From: Tubiluchus corallicola
Lineage: Eukaryota > Animalia > Priapulida
Length of the DNA: 26,324 nucleotides
Reading direction: 5' to 3'
NCBI GenBank assembly: GCA_030141605.1
Contig: JAQGDQ010001764.1
Location: 1 to 26,324 of the forward strand
Positions 22,281 to 26,324 of the stretch are shown here, piece by piece. A program made the position numbers and the translations under genes. Below the pieces are notes generated by a model. It did not search any database, had not been told where the DNA came from, and saw nothing but the letters and a program-made list of their open reading frames with translations. Numbering within the stretch: position 1 is the stretch's first letter; each line of letters opens with the position of its first letter.

Positions 22281-23240
22281 CCGTATGATCTGCAAAATAG
22301 TGTGTGTTTTTTGTCAAATAGTGCAAAATTAGTTATGTAATTTTTGCTAACATCTGCGCATTTTTTGCTACAATATATTTCTACATAAGTTTTATTAAAG
22401 ATTGCTTAATATTAAACGTTTTACATTATTACAGATTATCATGACATTCAAAATTATATGCTTATATTTTATATAGTTTTATTTGTAGTCAAAATTAATA
22501 TTTTAATAAATGTATCTCATAGTAGTAACTCGTTTTCTATTGAATTTTCTCAAATAGCTAAGAAATATACATAAAACAGCAATTTATAAGCAATTGTGTT
22601 GTCTATATTTGCATGCTGTAGAATTCGTTTCATAACTTGTTTTCATTTCTCTCATTAGATGGCAGCACATGAATACATTGCATGTATGGGTACACAATTG
22701 TTAAACAAGAGGTTATACACTGTTATTAGTGTGACTGCACCCCATAATTGTGATCATGAATTTTTTTCTGGAAATCAACTGCTTTATTTTATAATGATGT
22801 TTAAAACCAGTGAGCATACTTTAAAATATTATATTAGCTTCTTTGCTTGTACACCACAGATACTTTATTTTGCTGATTAACTTATAAAAGTCTATTGAAT
22901 TTTTGAAATGAAATTTTATTTGATTTTTTTTGCACTTTTGTGCAATTTACTTTAAACATTGCTTAATTATAGGTTTTTTGCTGATTAAAAAACAGTAAAT
23001 ATTTATAGACATCGTAGTTTTTGCAAGAGTTTTGACCGAAATTTTAATTCTGTGTCGTTTAAGTAGATTGCTCTGCGTGTTGAAAGTGATAAAATATTTT
23101 TTGGCTATTAGATTTGCCATCAAACGATTTCTTTTTTAGCCATCGTGTCGCGATGAAACTGACCGTAAAGTAGTTTTGAAACAGGTATTTCTTTATTTTT
23201 CTTATTAGTTATTTATTCTACTTCTTTCTTTATTTGTTAG

Positions 23241-23354
23241 TTGACAACGACCCTCATTTTGTCGTGAAGTTGAAAGGAAGTAAAATGGCGGTGTGCTTCA
23301 CGATCAACGGGAAACCCGGACAGATCCTGAATCTGATCAGCGACGCCAAGAACG
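23241..23354 (+). CDS. ITIH-like exon E: (V)DNDPHFVVKLKGSKMAVCFTINGKPGQILNLISDAKN
   Basis: Polypyrimidine tract plus ttag| acceptor and acg|gtgagc donor, phase 1/1. Matches the ITIH motif VD.DPHFII.....LCFNI...PG..L.L..D. Confidence 0.95.
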
Positions 23355-23514
23355 GTGAGCGCAATTTAAACTTTAATAGATTTATTTCCCAGTGATGGTT
23401 GCATGCTGCAGAAAATGAGGGGAAAAGTAAAGGAGGATAAAAGAGGTTAGTGAGATGAGTTTTTTCAAACTCGAAACTAGAAGTTTTACTCTCAAGTCGC
23501 GGGAGAAATATTTA

Positions 23515-24108
23515 ACGGACAAGAAAAGGGGCGCCTGAAGTAGGTTTCAGAAAAATCGCCTTAAAAAATTATATTACTTTGCAGCAATTTTATGCGTTTA
23601 TCTTACTCGCACTGAAAGGAATTTTAGTTTGTTTTCATTTTAAATCTCCCGCAATACTGTTCCGAAGTCGCCATTACATGACATCATGTAGCAAACGTAA
23701 ATCAAGGGAAGAAAAGGCAATGTTAAATTATGTCTCAAAAGCCTTTCCGTGCAAATCTATATTACTTAGATTTTCGCTTACCTACTAGAAAGACTTATGT
23801 AACTAGAAAAGAAAATTATTAATTATTTAAAATGTTTTCACCAATTGGTAAAACGTCGCTGACTCACCCTCCAGGGAGCACCACTCACTAACCAAAAAAT
23901 GTATTTTTAATCTTATTGACAAGATACAGTAATTTTAAATTTTATTTAGTTAGAGGCTTGTGTGCTACGAATGCTCTGATTATTTTTTCAAACTTTACAA
24001 AATGTTATTTAAACTTGTTTCAAATGACCTGTCGTGAAAATGGCTGCGTCTAACGGTCATCGCGGGAGTTTAAATTTACATATTTTATACAGCGTGACTG
24101 CCGACGCT
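23515..24108 (+). repeat. Dispersed repeat, copy 2 (see 3420-4007)
   Basis: Colinear similarity with 3420-4007 along its whole length. Confidence 0.9.
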
Positions 24109-24230
24109 AAATATCTTAGCGTCAGTTTCTGTCTAATGTAAAGCCCAATAACTGGAAATTCTTCAAAGCTGCAATAAAAATTTGCGTTTTAGACTTACCG
24201 TCGTTTATTAAAGTCGCCTTTTATTTGTAG

Positions 24231-24440
24231 GTTTTTACGTCACCGGAGAAATCATTGGTGTTTCCAGCAAACTCCACGGAAAAGGATCAAAAGACAGGAC
24301 TTACTTCGGTACCGTCGTCGTATCCGTGAACGGTTACAGTCTGCAGTTTTCGCCCGACGAGATAACGACGAGCAACGGCCTGCGTCTGAGCTGGAAGAAA
24401 CATTCTGGTCTACTCCGGAGGGATGTTAGCATGAAGATCG
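24231..24440 (+). CDS. ITIH-like exon F (C-terminal ITI heavy-chain domain): (G)FYVTGEIIGVSSKLHGKGSKDRTYFGTVVVSVNGYSLQFSPDEITTSNGLRLSWKKHSGLLRRDVSMKI
   Basis: tttgtag| acceptor, phase 1. Matches the ITIH motif G..VNGQ.IG.......RTYF........I......SW. The 3' boundary is uncertain (gtactg at 24441 or gttagc at 24425). The gene continues beyond the window. Confidence 0.9.
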
Positions 24441-24480
24441 GTACTGACAGTTTTCTCTACTACTTTTTTTTAAAAGTATT

Positions 24481-25796
<1,316 letters not shown>

Positions 25797-26324
25797 TGTT
25801 CTCGTACCAGTAGTTTTCTCACACTTGCTGTCCATTTTAAAAGCTAAATATATCTGAGTAAAGCAGGTAGGTTGTGCAAAAAATGCTGGTGTTTATTACC
25901 CACGGATGAGAATGACAAATTGCAAAAAACTCTGAAACAGGCCGGGGGTTGGACAGCAACAAATTGCAATTTTGTGACCATAGAGAGCCTCTAAGTGGAC
26001 TTAAAATATCAGTTACCTTGTTTCATGCATAATTTAAAATACCCAACTATCAAGGATACATGATACCTAATTGTCACAAAAACGCCTAAGTACTGGCCGC
26101 TCCTATGCAAAAGTATATAAAAACTGTCTGCAATTGACTCAAATAACTCCGCATAATTGATTCTATATTTTTATACATAGAGATATACACGTGGTTACAC
26201 AGATGTACGTGATGTAAACAAAGTGACGGTCTGTCATCTAGCGGTCAGCTTGTGAAATAATGTACTGGGTCCGTAAAAATTTTCTCAACGAATTTACGCG
26301 ATTTACAAAAATGGCACTACTGGT

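Overview
Repeat-rich animal (non-vertebrate, by 5S rRNA sequence type) genomic DNA with spliceosomal introns. It is not prokaryotic, and most long ORFs in the supplied track are repeat artefacts. Two spliced genes on the + strand can be reconstructed by hand. (1) A complete three-exon gene missed by the ORF track (5871-5924, 7371-7500, 10983-11005) encodes a 68-aa secreted peptide: a 22-aa signal peptide plus a 46-aa, 6-Cys mature peptide, C-x5-C-x4-CC-x25-C-x2-C. (2) Six phase-compatible internal exons (12108-24440) encode the C-terminal half of an inter-alpha-trypsin inhibitor heavy chain (ITIH)-like protein, including the Asp-Pro (DPHF) cleavage motif. No upstream ITIH exons are visible in the first 12 kb, so the peptide gene may be nested on the same strand inside an ITIH intron. 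The rest comprises 137-, 83-, 97/98- and 45-bp tandem arrays (several with built-in hairpins or splice donors), (GAAT)n/(GA)n/(CT)n microsatellites, a BEL/Pao retrotransposon relic, two 5S rRNA-derived pseudogenes, a foldback element, Tc1/mariner-type MITEs (TA TSDs) and two inverted copies of a hAT MITE.
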